From Paenibacillus eucommiae (GTDB taxonomy: Bacteria; Bacillota; Bacilli; Paenibacillales; NBRC-103111), in NCBI RefSeq assembly GCF_017874215.1, contig NZ_JAGGLB010000052.1, positions 1 through 53,820 on the forward strand: DNA of 53,820 nt, given 5' to 3'. Every line of letters begins with the position of its first letter. The stretch's first letter is position 1. A program made the position numbers and the translations under genes. The notes below the pieces were generated by a model, which worked only from the letters and a program-made list of their open reading frames with translations, did no database searches and was not told the origin of the DNA. Below are positions 10,101-20,175 of the stretch, in pieces.

Positions 10101-10386
10101 CAAGTCGATGAGAACGATGGGGACGGTGATTATGTCCGCCGCGCTCATACTCGGAGGCACCTTCGCCGCTATGCTTCCTTCGGGAGTTATGTCGCTGCTG
10201 CAGATTGCTACGATCGTGCTGTGCGGGTTGTTCCTGTACGCCATGGTCATGCTGCCGCTGTTCATTCCTGTTATGGTGCGCGTGTTTGGCGAAGCCAACT
10301 GGTGGCCGTTCATGAAGCGTAAGGAGCAGGACTCCTCAGTGATGGAGCCGCTCGCCGGTTCCGCTGCCAGCACAAAGGAGCTTTAA
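7195..10386 (+). CDS. MMPL family (RND superfamily) membrane transporter with an embedded YhgE/Pip-like repetitive coiled-coil extracytoplasmic region
   Basis: 1063 aa. Two hydrophobic multi-TM blocks (~aa 190-340 and ~aa 830-1040). They flank a Gly/Gln/Leu-rich repetitive region (GLKAGIVQLGDGLRQLQTGL..., LSGIAGGIGQANSA...) typical of YhgE/Pip proteins. Sits immediately downstream of the MarR gene. Confidence 0.8.
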   Translation: MRTVLKFKWLILAVWIAAAVGMFLSAPNMEELVRDKGQVNVPDGYSSTNAAQMLADMQANQTEGNAGVATVLVFHNDSGLSSADIQQVQTAITKLEDNKENYGINSVTSHFDNKELEKQMVAKDGKTILALIDVASDGRTPGEMSDTLYEAISDVSVEHYYTGNWLISEDVVQSSQEGLKKTEFITLIFIMGILFLVFRSAVAPFIPLLTVGFSYLVSQSVVAFLVEYMDFPLSNFTQIFMVAVLFGIGTDYCILLISRYKEELAHSDNRTEAIVTTYRTAGKTVLYSGLAVLVGFSSIGFSTFMLYRSAVAVAVGVAVMLIALFTIVPFFMSVLGKKIFWPSKGKLEHKPSKLWGAVGKFSLKRPLWALLILAVVTVPFLVAYQGKTSFNSLDEIGDKYKSVKAFNVISDSFGPGDSLPSTVVVKSGKPLDSAEGLAAVEQISRELAKVDGVKTVRSATRPAGDTLDDLQVTDQVTKLSTGIGQSGDGLGEIGKGLSDASSALNENAPKLNQAVSGVDDLISGTEGLKAGIVQLGDGLRQLQTGLRSGTTGAGELKAGLAQAQASAEKLSAASKELLGGYKEMGTGLGQLAKGYGDITGQQAALAQSLSDLGQGLQGLLQKYPDLQNDADFQRAQGTVTELESSASQVNDGLKQLNAQLSGIAGGIGQANSAFQQAAEGQAALAQGLAGLVDGIAQLQSGIAQAAEGQGQIVTKLPSITQGFDQLTDGQKELQSGFSQLNAQLGELTDGLDKSVDGLSQVSGGLATAQDFLKELSNAPDKQLTGWYIPQEAIANEQFQTALDIYLSTDRKTAKFDIIFSGNPYEIETLEKINDLEAAAVRALKGTSYQDTVVAIDGVSSMNNDLRDISAEDYSRTMMLMIIGIGLILIIMFRSIVIPVYLILSLMLTFYTSMAITELIFVRMIGLSGISWAVPFFGFVMLMALGIDYSIFLMDRFKEFKHLSPQEGILKSMRTMGTVIMSAALILGGTFAAMLPSGVMSLLQIATIVLCGLFLYAMVMLPLFIPVMVRVFGEANWWPFMKRKEQDSSVMEPLAGSAASTKEL

Positions 10387-10436
10387 ATTATAAATGTATA
10401 GTTCTTAATAGAACCACATAAATAAAGCCATATTAT

Positions 10437-10492
10437 AGAGACATTCCGCCTGTTTGATCAGGGGAATGTCTCTTTTCATTTTTCCGCTAATG
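10437..10492 (+). terminator. Rho-independent terminator of the MMPL gene
   Basis: Hairpin gagacattccgcc...ggggaatgtctc followed by ttttcatttttc. Confidence 0.7.
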
Positions 10493-10666
10493 ATGATATA
10501 AATAATTAAATAATCAATCTAATTGCGAGATGATATTGAACTAATATTGCTATTTAAGTTAATCGTATGTTTTGTACTATAATAGAGCTATGTGGAAATA
10601 GTGGTAGCAGGAAGATGTTGTTTATATCCCTCACCCTAGAAAAAACATAAAGACGGAGGTATTCAC

Positions 10667-13564
10667 GTGCCGATTGACAATGATAGAACGCAGGATCCAT
10701 GGGAAAGCTATTATGGCCCAAATCTTGGCTATATCCAAGAGCAGTACGAACGGTTTATACAAGACCCCGATTCGGTAGCTGACGAGTATCGAGAATTGTT
10801 TGCCCAATTAGGCGAACCGCCTCAATCCGCTCCTTCCGAGCAGGGTGTAGAAACCGCTACCACCCCAAAATCAAATAAAGCTTCCTCTCCTCAACAACTA
10901 GACTCTAAAATGTTAAAAAATGCCGTTGCGGCTGGTAAATTAGTCTGGAATATCCGCACCTTCGGTCATCTGGCTGCTGATATCGATCCGCTTGATATAA
11001 GCGGACAGGTAAGCAATCGGATGCTTGAGCCGGAAACCTATGACATCAATCAAGCCGATTTGGCTGCGTTGCCTGCAGAGCTGGTTTGGGAAGATGTTCC
11101 TTACGATGTGGCTAACGGCTGGGAAGCCATTCAGAAGCTTCGCCAAGTGTACACAGGTACCATTGCCTTTGAATTTGGCCATGTACACGATGAGAAGGAG
11201 CGCAGCTGGTTGAATCAGCGTGCTGAAGTGGTCATTCCACGTACAGTGCTTACTGATTCCGAAAGAAAAGCCCTGCTTTCCAGGCTGCTCGAAGCTGAGC
11301 AGTTCGAAGACTTTCTGCACCGTACCTTTGTCGGCCAAAAGCGTTTTTCGGCAGAAGGTACCGATGTCGTAGTTGCTTTAACGAATGAAATGGTTCATGA
11401 GCTCGCCAACGATGGGGCACGCCATATTTTAATGGGCATGGCTCACCGCGGGCGTTTAAATGTGCTGGCTCACGTTCTGGGCAAGCCGTACAGCAAGATC
11501 TTCTCAGAATTTCATCATTCGCCAAATAAAAACCTCATTCCTTCGGAAGGCTCTATCGGCATCAATTATGGCTGGACCGGGGATGTCAAATACCATCTTG
11601 GAGCGAATCGTTCTTTCAAATTGGGAGAAACGGTCGATACCCGCCTAACACTTGCGAACAACCCAAGTCACTTGGAATTCGTGAATCCTGTTGTGGAGGG
11701 TTTTACTCGCGCAGCTCAGGAAGACCGCAGTCAGCCTGGCTATCCGCAGCTTGATCTGGATTGTGCGGCCGCTATTATCTTACACGGTGATGCTGCATTT
11801 CCTGGTGAAGGCATCGTAGCAGAAACTTTAAATCTGAATAGTCTGCCAGGATATCTTAATGGCGGAACGCTTCATATCATCGTCAACAACCGGATCGGCT
11901 TCACTACGGAGAGCTTCAATTCCCGCTCCACCCATTATGCCAGCGATTTGGCCAAGGGGTATGAGGTGCCTATCGTTCACGTCAATGCTGATGATCCGGA
12001 AGCATGTATAGCTGCAGCAAGAATGGCCAGCGAATACCGCACCCTGTTCAAGAAAGATTTTCTAATTGATTTAATTGGCTACCGCCGTTACGGACATAAT
12101 GAAACAGATGATCCGGAAACAACCCAGCCGCTCATTTACAAAAAAGTGAAAAGCCACCCTACCGTGAGCAAGATTTATGCGGATAGGCTTATTAGTGAAG
12201 GCGTTATTACTAGCGAGCAAGCTGAGCAGATGAAGCTGGATATCCAGAATCGGCTGCGGGAAGCTTACGATGAGATGAAGCAGCGTGAAGAGCAAGAGCC
12301 TGTTCAGCAAACTCAAGTCATCGCAAATGACCCTAGAATTGGTGAGTCCGTTGCTGCCGTATCACTGGATAAGCTGCGTCAATTCAATTCTGCCTTGCTG
12401 CAATGGCCGGAGAAATTCAATGTTTATCCGAAGCTGCAGCGCATTCTGGAGCGCCGGGCCAACGCCTTGAACGAAGGTGAAAAGGTCGATTGGGGACATG
12501 CCGAGACATTAGCCTTCTCATCTATACTTGCAGATGGCAGACCTATTCGTCTCAGCGGCCAGGACGTAGAACGGGCTACATTCGCCCATCGTAATCTGAT
12601 GCTGCACGATGCTGAAACTGGCGATACCTTCTGTCCGCTGCACCAGCTGCCGCAAGCCAAGGCATCTTTTGCCATTCATAACAGCCCGCTGGCGGAAGCT
12701 TCCGTCCTCGGCTTCGAATATGGCTATAACGTTTATGCTCCCGAAACAATGGTCATTTGGGAGGCACAATACGGTGACTTTATGAACGCTGCCCAAGTGC
12801 TTATCGATCAGTTTATTTCTGCGGGACAGTCCAAATGGTCGCAGAAATCAAGCCTTGTTATGCTGCTGCCTCATGGCTACGAAGGACAAGGACCTGAACA
12901 CTCGAGCGCCCGCCTTGAGCGCTTCCTCCAATTGTCTGGTGAAGACAACTGGGCGGTTGCCAACCTGAGCAGTGCTGCTCAGTATTACCACATACTCCGC
13001 CGTCAAGCGGCGATAGCTGGAACCGAGTCTGCACGCCCGCTCATCATCATGGCTCCCAAGAGCCTGATACGTAATCCGCGTGTAGCATCTACGGGGAAAG
13101 AACTTAGTGAAGGCACCTTCCAGGCCATTTTGGAACAGCCGGGATTGGCCCAGCATCCAGAACGCGTAGAGCGTCTCGTTCTCTGCACAGGTAAAGTTGC
13201 CATTGATCTTGCGGAAGCTCTGGACAAAGAGCCTGGCAAAGATTTTGATTGGCTGCATATCGTTCGCATTGAACAGCTCTATCCGTTCCCAAGCAAGGAA
13301 ATTGCTGCGGTTATCCAAAGATTGCCACAGGTCAAGGAAATCGTCTGGGTTCAGGAAGAACCGCAAAACATGGGAGCTTGGAGTTATATGGATCCCTATA
13401 TCAGGAAGCATGCGCCAGAAGGAACGACTGTCCGTTATTTGGGTCGTCCTGAGCGTTCCAGCCCTGCAAGCGGCTATCAAACTGTACACAGCTTAGAACA
13501 GAATTACATTGTTTCACAAACGCTAAAGCCAAGTCCAACACTAGCGTATCAAACAGGGAGGTGA
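10667..13564 (+). CDS. odhA: 2-oxoglutarate dehydrogenase E1 component
   Basis: 965 aa. N-terminal [19 protein letters not shown], with ThDP-binding and transketolase-like regions. GTG start with RBS GACGGAGGT. Confidence 0.92.
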   Translation: MPIDNDRTQDPWESYYGPNLGYIQEQYERFIQDPDSVADEYRELFAQLGEPPQSAPSEQGVETATTPKSNKASSPQQLDSKMLKNAVAAGKLVWNIRTFGHLAADIDPLDISGQVSNRMLEPETYDINQADLAALPAELVWEDVPYDVANGWEAIQKLRQVYTGTIAFEFGHVHDEKERSWLNQRAEVVIPRTVLTDSERKALLSRLLEAEQFEDFLHRTFVGQKRFSAEGTDVVVALTNEMVHELANDGARHILMGMAHRGRLNVLAHVLGKPYSKIFSEFHHSPNKNLIPSEGSIGINYGWTGDVKYHLGANRSFKLGETVDTRLTLANNPSHLEFVNPVVEGFTRAAQEDRSQPGYPQLDLDCAAAIILHGDAAFPGEGIVAETLNLNSLPGYLNGGTLHIIVNNRIGFTTESFNSRSTHYASDLAKGYEVPIVHVNADDPEACIAAARMASEYRTLFKKDFLIDLIGYRRYGHNETDDPETTQPLIYKKVKSHPTVSKIYADRLISEGVITSEQAEQMKLDIQNRLREAYDEMKQREEQEPVQQTQVIANDPRIGESVAAVSLDKLRQFNSALLQWPEKFNVYPKLQRILERRANALNEGEKVDWGHAETLAFSSILADGRPIRLSGQDVERATFAHRNLMLHDAETGDTFCPLHQLPQAKASFAIHNSPLAEASVLGFEYGYNVYAPETMVIWEAQYGDFMNAAQVLIDQFISAGQSKWSQKSSLVMLLPHGYEGQGPEHSSARLERFLQLSGEDNWAVANLSSAAQYYHILRRQAAIAGTESARPLIIMAPKSLIRNPRVASTGKELSEGTFQAILEQPGLAQHPERVERLVLCTGKVAIDLAEALDKEPGKDFDWLHIVRIEQLYPFPSKEIAAVIQRLPQVKEIVWVQEEPQNMGAWSYMDPYIRKHAPEGTTVRYLGRPERSSPASGYQTVHSLEQNYIVSQTLKPSPTLAYQTGR

Positions 13565-13569
13565 CGTCC

Positions 13570-14865
13570 ATGCACGAAATTATAGTACCAGCGATGGGTG
13601 AATCGATAACCGAAGGAACTATTTCCAAGTGGGTTGTAAAAGAGGGCGACTCCGTCAATCAGGGAGACTTGCTGCTCGAACTAGAGACAGATAAAGTAAA
13701 CTTAGAAATCAGCGCTGAGCAAAGCGGAGTGCTGAAGCAAATTATTCGTCAAGAAGGCGACACTGTACAAATCGGTGAAGTCATTGGCACCATCAGCTCC
13801 GGCGAAGGAGCTGGAGCTCCAAGCGCAGCTGCTAACAGCACTGAGGGCGCTTCTTCCACTGCACAGACAGCAGAAGCTCCTGCGGCTGCAAAACCGTCTG
13901 AGCCTGCGGCTGAAGTGAGCAGCGCCAGTTTATCCGCTTCTCCGGGAGCAAGAAAGCTCGCCAGAGAAAAAGGCATCGATTTGACTCAAATGCAAGCCCG
14001 TGATCCACTAGGCCGCATTTCTCAAGAAGATGTCAAATCGTTCGGCGACCGTCCTTCTCAGCCTGCTCAATCCTCTGCAGCCCCATCTGGGCAGCGTGAG
14101 GCGCAGAAGCCTTCTGGTTCTTCAGCAAGCAAGCCCGCTGAGGCACCAGCATTTAATCCTGCCAAGCCGGCTGAACGTCAAAAGATGTCACGCCGTCGCC
14201 TGACCATTGCTACCCGTTTGGTTGAAGCTCAAAGAACAGCTGCTATGCTAACTACATTCAATGAAGTAGACATGTCAGCGATTATGGATATTCGCAAACG
14301 CCGCAAGCAATCGTTCCAGGAAAAACACGAAGTCGGTCTTGGCTTCATGTCATTTTTCACCAAAGCAGTTGTTGGCGCATTAAAGGCGTTCCCTCTGCTG
14401 AATGCGGAAATTGATGGAGAAGACATTATCGTGAAGCAGTATTATGATATCGGTATTGCGGTATCTGCCAAAGAAGGACTTGTTGTTCCTGTTGTCCGTG
14501 GCGCAGACCGTCTTGGCTTTGCCGAGATAGAAAAGCAAATAGGCCTGTTGGCAGGCAAAGCCCGTGCTAACTCACTAGGACTATCCGATTTACAGGGCGG
14601 CACCTTCACGATTACGAATGGCGGCACGTTCGGGTCCCTGCTCTCAACGCCAATTTTAAACTCACCACAGGTAGGTATTCTGGGCATGCATAAAATTCAG
14701 ACGCGCCCGGTTGCCATCGATCAGGAAAGAATGGAAAATCGTCCGATGATGTACATCGCACTTTCCTACGATCACCGCATCGTTGACGGATCAGAAGCCG
14801 TTCGCTTCCTGGTTAAAGTCAAAGAGATGCTTGAAGATCCTGAAACACTGCTCCTCGAGGGTTAA
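13570..14865 (+). CDS. odhB: Dihydrolipoyllysine-residue succinyltransferase, E2 component of 2-oxoglutarate dehydrogenase
   Basis: Lipoyl domain reads [25 protein letters not shown]...LELETDKV. An Ala/Pro-rich linker precedes a catalytic domain ending DHRIVDG. The ATG at 13570 (RBS AGGGAGG) is preferred over the track start at 13561. Confidence 0.92.
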   Translation: MHEIIVPAMGESITEGTISKWVVKEGDSVNQGDLLLELETDKVNLEISAEQSGVLKQIIRQEGDTVQIGEVIGTISSGEGAGAPSAAANSTEGASSTAQTAEAPAAAKPSEPAAEVSSASLSASPGARKLAREKGIDLTQMQARDPLGRISQEDVKSFGDRPSQPAQSSAAPSGQREAQKPSGSSASKPAEAPAFNPAKPAERQKMSRRRLTIATRLVEAQRTAAMLTTFNEVDMSAIMDIRKRRKQSFQEKHEVGLGFMSFFTKAVVGALKAFPLLNAEIDGEDIIVKQYYDIGIAVSAKEGLVVPVVRGADRLGFAEIEKQIGLLAGKARANSLGLSDLQGGTFTITNGGTFGSLLSTPILNSPQVGILGMHKIQTRPVAIDQERMENRPMMYIALSYDHRIVDGSEAVRFLVKVKEMLEDPETLLLEG

Positions 14866-14871
14866 TTATAT

Positions 14872-14915
14872 GAAGGACTTGGCCATTTTCATAGGGTCAG
14901 GTCCTTTTTCTTTTG
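14872..14915 (+). terminator. Rho-independent terminator after odhB
   Basis: Stem aggac...gtcct followed by a T-run (gtcctttttctttt). Confidence 0.6.
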
Positions 14916-15034
14916 CCTTTATACTCCTTTTCACTCCATGTTCTATCCTTTTTCTCACAGATTCCCCTCACAGCTGATAACGCCCACACTCCAAGAAAGC
15001 CTCAAGAATAAATTGGTTTAAAAGAGGTGATCAC

Positions 15035-16087
15035 ATGACTGAGATCAAGATTGCTGCTGTAGGAGATCTTCTAATAAACAGGAACATTTGCATGTCTGTT
15101 AAGTCACCAGGTGAGCATCTATATACATTCGATTCACTTTTTGAAGAAGTAGCCCCCTATCTGCAGGAAGCGGACCTGACCATTGGCAATTTAGAAATTC
15201 CTTTAAAGGGTGATAAGCCATTTATAAAAAAAAGAAACCCCAAAACAGGATGTCCGTTGTTTAATTGCCCTGAACAGCTCGCGGCAACATTGAAAAGAAC
15301 GGGCTTTAATGTGCTTACAACAGCAAACAATCATTGTCTGGACAATGGAATAGGAGGATTACAAAGAACGCTCCAGGTACTGAATGAGAACGGGCTGGCA
15401 CACACAGGAACCTTCGCAACCCGAGAGCAATCCCGTAAAAAGCTGATTGTCGATGTCAAGGGTATAAAAATAGGCATTCTCGCGTATACCCGAAGTACCA
15501 ACGGCATATCTGTCCCCAAACACATGCCTTGGTCTGTCAACCGGATTAATGAGGATAAGATAAAAAAAGAGCTGTCCCAAATCAAGCAGGAGTGCGACCT
15601 TGCCATCGTCTGCCTGCATTTCGGACAAGAACATAGGCAAATACCGAACCTGGGGCAAAGAAAGCTTGTTAATAGTTTGCTTCAGCATGGAGCTGATATC
15701 ATCCTTGGCTCCCACCCTCATGTCTTACAACCTATTCTAAGAACAAAATCCCAGAAACTAGCTATTTTCTCCTTGGGAAATTTCATTTCGATTCGTTTGA
15801 ACAATGACCCCTACACAAATAATGGATTAATTTTACAATTATCCATAAAGAAGGAAGGTTCTAGTCGGGCAAAATTAGTTGGCGTGGATTGGATCCCGAC
15901 CTGGACGCTGCGCAAACTTCAAAATAACCAAGTCTCCTACAGAGTCCTTCCTAACCTCCAACAACTGCATACTAAAGAATTTAATAAGAATCTAACACCA
16001 AAGCAGCTGATGATGATGGAAAAAATGTTCACACACACTTCTACAATATTAAACACCTCCCTCCCATCAGGGCCCAAAAAAGGGTAA
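15035..16087 (+). CDS. CapA-family (PGA_cap) metallophosphoesterase-like protein
   Basis: 350 aa. Reads MTEIKIAAVGDLLINR...LTTANNHCLDNG...ILGSHPHVLQP, which are CapA/YwtB-type motifs. There are no adjacent capB or capC genes, so a role in polyglutamate capsule synthesis is not implied. Confidence 0.8.
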   Translation: MTEIKIAAVGDLLINRNICMSVKSPGEHLYTFDSLFEEVAPYLQEADLTIGNLEIPLKGDKPFIKKRNPKTGCPLFNCPEQLAATLKRTGFNVLTTANNHCLDNGIGGLQRTLQVLNENGLAHTGTFATREQSRKKLIVDVKGIKIGILAYTRSTNGISVPKHMPWSVNRINEDKIKKELSQIKQECDLAIVCLHFGQEHRQIPNLGQRKLVNSLLQHGADIILGSHPHVLQPILRTKSQKLAIFSLGNFISIRLNNDPYTNNGLILQLSIKKEGSSRAKLVGVDWIPTWTLRKLQNNQVSYRVLPNLQQLHTKEFNKNLTPKQLMMMEKMFTHTSTILNTSLPSGPKKG

Positions 16088-16129
16088 TTAACCTTAAGGA
16101 GCGTGTTCGAGATTTTTGGTGCGTTGCTG

Positions 16130-16412
16130 AAGGCGAATGGCTGTGGGTTCCAGCCGCTGCAGGCGCAGGGGATGAAGAAGACCCCTGCCAGCGCGCGCAA
16201 CCGAGCGGACCTGCTACTTTAACGATGTTTTTCATCGTTAAAAGCATCAGGTCCACTCCAGATCCTTACTTTAATGATGAAAAACATCGTTAAAATCCCT
16301 TTTCAGCAGCCTGATAGGCCCTCCGTCCTCTTTTAATGATGAAAATCATCGTTAACGTGGCGGATAGACCTGGAAAGCTCCCTTTAGCGATGAAAAACAT
16401 CATTAAAGGGAG
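16130..16412. repeat. Palindromic repeat locus 3: module A (aatggctgtgggttccagccgctg), module D (ggggatgaagaag), then four palindrome copies in alternating T-run and A-run orientation.
   Basis: Palindrome copies at 16216-16243, 16268-16295, 16329-16356 and 16381-16410. Modules A and D match the units at 33036-33150. Confidence 0.85.
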
Positions 16413-16638
16413 CTCACGCCCAATTCGGGGAAGACAGACTGCTACATAACTATGTAAATGCTGCGTGAAAACTACGTGAAACTTACTTCTAGTTCAATAA
16501 TTTTCATCTCGCTATAGAAAATAGGTGCCCCCGTCCCTCACATATCCCTGATCAAACTGAATATATTTAGTATAGCTTTCCATTTATCTTCTTCTCGTTT
16601 TGCATGTAAATGTATACCATTCAAGAGGAGGTGTCCGT

Positions 16639-17799
16639 ATGACAGACCCTTTATTCATCGTATCCCGTGAGGATTGGTCTTTGCACCGCAAAGGATTCCA
16701 AGATCAGACCCGTCATCAGCAAAAGGTTCGCGAAGCCATCAAGCAAAACCTGCCTGACCTGGTCACGGACGAGAGCATTATCATGTCGGATGGCAAACAA
16801 ATCATCAAAGTGCCTATCAAAAGTCTTGACGAATACCGATTTCGATACAATACAAATAAAAGCAAGCATGTCGGGCAAGGGGATGGCGATAGCCAAGTAG
16901 GCGATGTTCTGGGTGTAGATCCCAAAGAAGCTGCTGCCGGTAAAGGAGAAGGTGGCGCTGGTGATCAGGCAGGCGAGGATTATTACGAAGCTGAGGTCAG
17001 TATGGAAGAGCTGGAAAATCTGCTTTTTGCTGAGCTAGAGCTGCCGAACCTGCAAAATAAAGAGAAGAAACACCTGACCGCTAAAGAGGTCGTGTTCAAT
17101 GATATCCGCAAAAAGGGCATTATGTCCAATATTGATAAAAAAAGAACGATTCTTGAAAATATGCGTAGAAATTCGACCACCGGCTCACCTGGCATACATG
17201 GCATCTCTCCCGATGACCTGCGCTACAAGACATGGGAGGAAGTTGAAAAGCCGCATTCAAACGCTCTCATTATCGCCATGATGGATACTTCAGGATCTAT
17301 GGGTGCTTTTGAAAAATATATCGCCCGCAGCTTCTTCTTCTGGATGACACGCTTTCTGCGTTCGAAGTATGAGAATGTGGAAATCGTCTTTATTTCTCAC
17401 CATACGGAAGCTAGGGAGGTTACGGAAGAGGAGTTTTTCACCAAGGGAGAAAGCGGCGGTACGATCTGCTCATCAGCCTACCAGGCAGCCGTAGATATTA
17501 TTGATCAACGTTACCCTCCGTCCCAGTATAATATTTACCCCTTTCACTTTTCCGATGGGGATAACCTCACGTCAGATAATGATCGCTGCCTGAAGCTGAT
17601 AGCTCAGTTGATCGAGCGCTGCAATATGTTCGGGTACGGTGAAGTCAATCAATACAATCGAAGCAGCACCTTGATGACCGCATTTCGCAGCATTCAAGAT
17701 CCTAAGTTCCTCCATTATGTAATCCGCGAAAAAGGCGAAGTATATAAAGCACTTAAAAAATTTTTCACCCAGCCTGTAGGTGGAGCCGTCCAAGGCTAA
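16639..17799 (+). CDS. yhbH: Sporulation/stress protein YhbH (DUF444, UPF0229). Partner of PrkA and SpoVR.
   Basis: Start [23 protein letters not shown] with a downstream VWA-like region. The ATG at 16639 with RBS GAGGAGGTG is preferred over the track start at 16600. Confidence 0.85.
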   Translation: MTDPLFIVSREDWSLHRKGFQDQTRHQQKVREAIKQNLPDLVTDESIIMSDGKQIIKVPIKSLDEYRFRYNTNKSKHVGQGDGDSQVGDVLGVDPKEAAAGKGEGGAGDQAGEDYYEAEVSMEELENLLFAELELPNLQNKEKKHLTAKEVVFNDIRKKGIMSNIDKKRTILENMRRNSTTGSPGIHGISPDDLRYKTWEEVEKPHSNALIIAMMDTSGSMGAFEKYIARSFFFWMTRFLRSKYENVEIVFISHHTEAREVTEEEFFTKGESGGTICSSAYQAAVDIIDQRYPPSQYNIYPFHFSDGDNLTSDNDRCLKLIAQLIERCNMFGYGEVNQYNRSSTLMTAFRSIQDPKFLHYVIREKGEVYKALKKFFTQPVGGAVQG

Positions 17800-17834
17800 A
17801 TCCAGCACAAAAGTGTGCTGGATGCTCATGACTC

Positions 17835-17878
17835 AAGCGCTGATTCTCATAGCGCTTATTTTTTTGTTTTTTTTCTTA
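17835..17878 (+). terminator. Rho-independent terminator after yhbH
   Basis: Stem aagcgctgattctcatagcgctt followed by a 20-nt T-rich run. A second hairpin, ccagcacaaaagtgtgctgg, lies just upstream. Confidence 0.75.
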
Positions 17879-17933
17879 TTGGCCTTATCAGCACATTAAA
17901 TCAATTTGGTTGAGCCAGCAAGAATCAAGTATA

Positions 17934-17962
17934 TTTAAATAAGCACAGTTAAATGATACAAT
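17934..17962 (+). promoter_or_regulatory. Candidate extended -10 promoter (TGaTACAAT) for the VOC-family gene
   Basis: tgatacaat at 17954-17962, with a weak -35 (tttaaa) 17 bp upstream. Confidence 0.35.
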
Positions 17963-18054
17963 ACAGGGTAGGCGGCTGTCCTTCGGGACAAGCACGTTTG
18001 CCTAACAAACATGCTTCGAAGATTACCAAATCTTAAGACTAGGGAGCGAAACCA

Positions 18055-18480
18055 ATGGCTATTGATGTTTATTTGAATTTCAATGGAAACTGTCGTGAAG
18101 CTGTAGAGTTCTATGCAGAGGCATTCGGAACAGAAAGTCCAAAAATTATGACCTTCGGAGAAACACCTGCTGATCCCAACTACCCGCTTCCAGAGGAAGC
18201 GAAACAGTTAGTCATGCATACGCGGCTGAACATTCAAGGCAGCAATGTCATGTTTTCTGATGTTTTTCCTGGCATGCCTTTTGTTGCAGGAACCAACATA
18301 ACTCTGTCAGTCATCAGCAAGGATATAGACGAAGTTAAAGCTTTATTTCATAAGCTGAAAGAAGGCGGCACTGTAGGGATGGAGCTTCAAGAAACCTTCT
18401 GGAGCAAATGCTATGGCAGCTTAACAGATAAGTTTGGCATTGGATGGCAATTTAACTTAGACAGCGGAGAAACATACTAG
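18055..18480 (+). CDS. VOC / glyoxalase-like (PhnB-like) family protein
   Basis: 141 aa. MAIDVYLNFNGNCREAVEFYAEAFG is a typical PhnB/3-demethylubiquinone methyltransferase-like VOC N-terminus. RBS AGGGAG. Confidence 0.75.
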   Translation: MAIDVYLNFNGNCREAVEFYAEAFGTESPKIMTFGETPADPNYPLPEEAKQLVMHTRLNIQGSNVMFSDVFPGMPFVAGTNITLSVISKDIDEVKALFHKLKEGGTVGMELQETFWSKCYGSLTDKFGIGWQFNLDSGETY

Positions 18481-18525
18481 TAATAGCATAACTATTTGCT
18501 TGCATGGAAAAGTATAAGAATGCGT

Positions 18526-18580
18526 AAAAAGGATATGGACCTTTCCCTCAAAAGAAAGATGCCATATCCTTTTTATTTAT
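18526..18580. terminator. Bidirectional Rho-independent terminator between the convergent VOC and DinB genes
   Basis: aaaaaggatatgg...ccatatccttttt. The stem is flanked by an A-run and a T-run. Confidence 0.75.
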
Positions 18581-18596
18581 TTCAAATTTATAGGAA

Positions 18597-19115
18597 TCAT
18601 TTGCCTTGCAAATATAAATAAAGTGAAAAATCAGTTTGGGTGCCTGCATGTCCCAATTGCCGCAGCATAGCCGTTATATTCCCGCGGTGGTACGTACCAT
18701 GATTAACGACATGCTGTACAAGATCGATATACCGGGCATTAAAATCTCCATAAGAGCAAAAGGCTTCTACGTTCTGCTGCTGCTCGAAACAAGCATGATA
18801 CCGATTGGCTAAACCGGAAAGCATCTCTCCCATTTCGCTCAAGCTCTTCCCTTTCGTTTCATTCGTTAATCTCTCAGTTGAAGCCGTTAATTCCTCCACA
18901 TATTCGGGAGAAAACTCCGCAACCCCATTCGTCGCCAAAATCGACAACCAGCCGCTATCTATGACGTAGATATGGACAAGCACATCGTAGATTGTCGGAA
19001 ATATACTCTGAATGCTGGTGAAGCAGGTGGGCTCTGGCAGTTCTGCTAAATAAGCACACACCTTGTTATTGGCCCAAGCATGGTAATCATACTGCTGCAT
19101 CATGTAATGCTTCAA
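18597..19115 (-). CDS. DinB/YfiT-like (DinB_2) family metal-dependent protein
   Basis: 172 aa. HAWANNKV...HVVNHGTYHRGNITAMLRQLG is the DinB-family four-helix bundle signature. Start is TTG at 19115 or ATG at 19103. Confidence 0.75.
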   Translation of the reverse strand: MKHYMMQQYDYHAWANNKVCAYLAELPEPTCFTSIQSIFPTIYDVLVHIYVIDSGWLSILATNGVAEFSPEYVEELTASTERLTNETKGKSLSEMGEMLSGLANRYHACFEQQQNVEAFCSYGDFNARYIDLVQHVVNHGTYHRGNITAMLRQLGHAGTQTDFSLYLYLQGK

Positions 19116-19439
19116 TGGATTTCCCCTCTTCCTGTGTAGGGGATTACGCAGTTTAAGGGTATTTTATGCGCTTAGCCCCTCGTAGGTATACCCCATACTT
19201 CTTTTGCTTTTTTTCATCATCAACGCCTCCTTTATAAAATTGGCTTTATTATATCAGCTCTCCGAATCGAACAGAAGTGAAAGAATAGTTACAAACAATT
19301 TTATATTTTAGCTCATTTTATTAGACGAATTTTTGCTAAATCCATTTTCTTCCTGTTTCGTTTTTTGATATATGGTTAATAGATAGTACGTCAGTAACAG
19401 AAACCTTACGAATATAAATGATAAAAGGAGCGGATCAAC

Positions 19440-19883
19440 ATGGATACCATTCAAGAGAACAAGGGAAATATGAAGGCTGTTATTATTGCAGGAGCAGTTG
19501 GGGCGGCTATCGCTTTGCTGCTGGCACCAAAATCGGGACGCAAGCTTAGATCGGACCTTGGTGAAACCGTACAAAATTTACAAACCAAAGTTGCCGATTT
19601 AATGGAGCAGGCTAAAACTAAAACCTCAGAAACACTTCATATGATTCCGGAAAAAGGCTCCATGCTGATGGATAAAGCCTCCAAAGTAGTGGACGGAGCT
19701 GCCGAGTCAGCCCGAAATGCTACTGAATCCGTAACTCAATCTGTTCATAGCGCTGCCGATAAGGTAGCAGATTCCGCCAATAAAGCGGCAGATAAGGTCA
19801 AAGAAACTACACGAAATACGATGGATGATGCCAAAAGCTCACTTGACAATGTAAAGCAATTGTCTCCAGCGGGTAAATATTGA
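19440..19883 (+). CDS. YtxH-domain (general stress protein-like) protein
   Basis: 147 aa. N-terminal GAVGAAIALLLAPKSGRKLRSDL is the YtxH motif. Followed by a low-complexity Ala/Lys/Asp helical tail. RBS AAAGGAG. Confidence 0.75.
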   Translation: MDTIQENKGNMKAVIIAGAVGAAIALLLAPKSGRKLRSDLGETVQNLQTKVADLMEQAKTKTSETLHMIPEKGSMLMDKASKVVDGAAESARNATESVTQSVHSAADKVADSANKAADKVKETTRNTMDDAKSSLDNVKQLSPAGKY

Positions 19884-19999
19884 TTTAAAAGAGTGTCTTC
19901 GTATCATGGTGCATGAGGAGGAAATGGATACGGTCAACCAGTGATCATATTCATTCCAGTCTTCCACCAAAACTTTTACTTTTCAGCACCATCATAACA

Positions 20000-20046
20000 A
20001 AAGCAAGATCCTTCGCAGTTCTCTGCCTAGGATCTTGCTTTTAATC
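20000..20046. terminator. Bidirectional terminator between the convergent ytxH-like and alpha-galactosidase genes
   Basis: aagcaagatccttcgcagttctctgcctaggatcttgctt, then ttaat. Confidence 0.65.
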
Positions 20047-20175
20047 AATCTGCAACATCTGCATAATTCCATAACGGCTCCCTGACAGCTGTGCCTTCTG
20101 ATGACTAGTCGCAGACTTTCCATTTAACCAGATCAGCTTAACCAGGTTAGCGTATCTTCTTCAACATGACATCCT

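Noticed and set aside
10940-13658. Minus-strand ORFs within odhA/odhB (e.g. 12848..13489, 213 aa)
   Set aside because: They are antisense to the highly conserved 2-oxoglutarate dehydrogenase E1 gene. No RBS and no domains.
15035-16087. Calling the CapA-family gene a poly-gamma-glutamate capsule synthesis gene
   Set aside because: No capB/capC (pgsB/pgsC) partners are adjacent. Stand-alone CapA-family proteins are generic metallophosphoesterase-like enzymes, so only the family is reported.
16216-16410. Regularly spaced ~28-bp palindromic repeats with ~25-35-bp spacers. This could be mistaken for a CRISPR array.
   Set aside because: The repeats alternate orientation and each is a perfect palindrome. 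The spacers are conserved between loci (the same 28-nt spacer at 33196-33219 and 35888-35910). There are only 2-4 units per locus and no cas genes. This fits a REP/MITE-like repeat family, not CRISPR.
19917-19944. Mini-ORF MDTVNQ* with a perfect GAGGAGG RBS downstream of the ytxH-like gene
   Set aside because: Only 6 codons. It lies within a region of inverted repeats ahead of the bidirectional terminator and is probably fortuitous. It is not reported as a leader peptide without conservation evidence.
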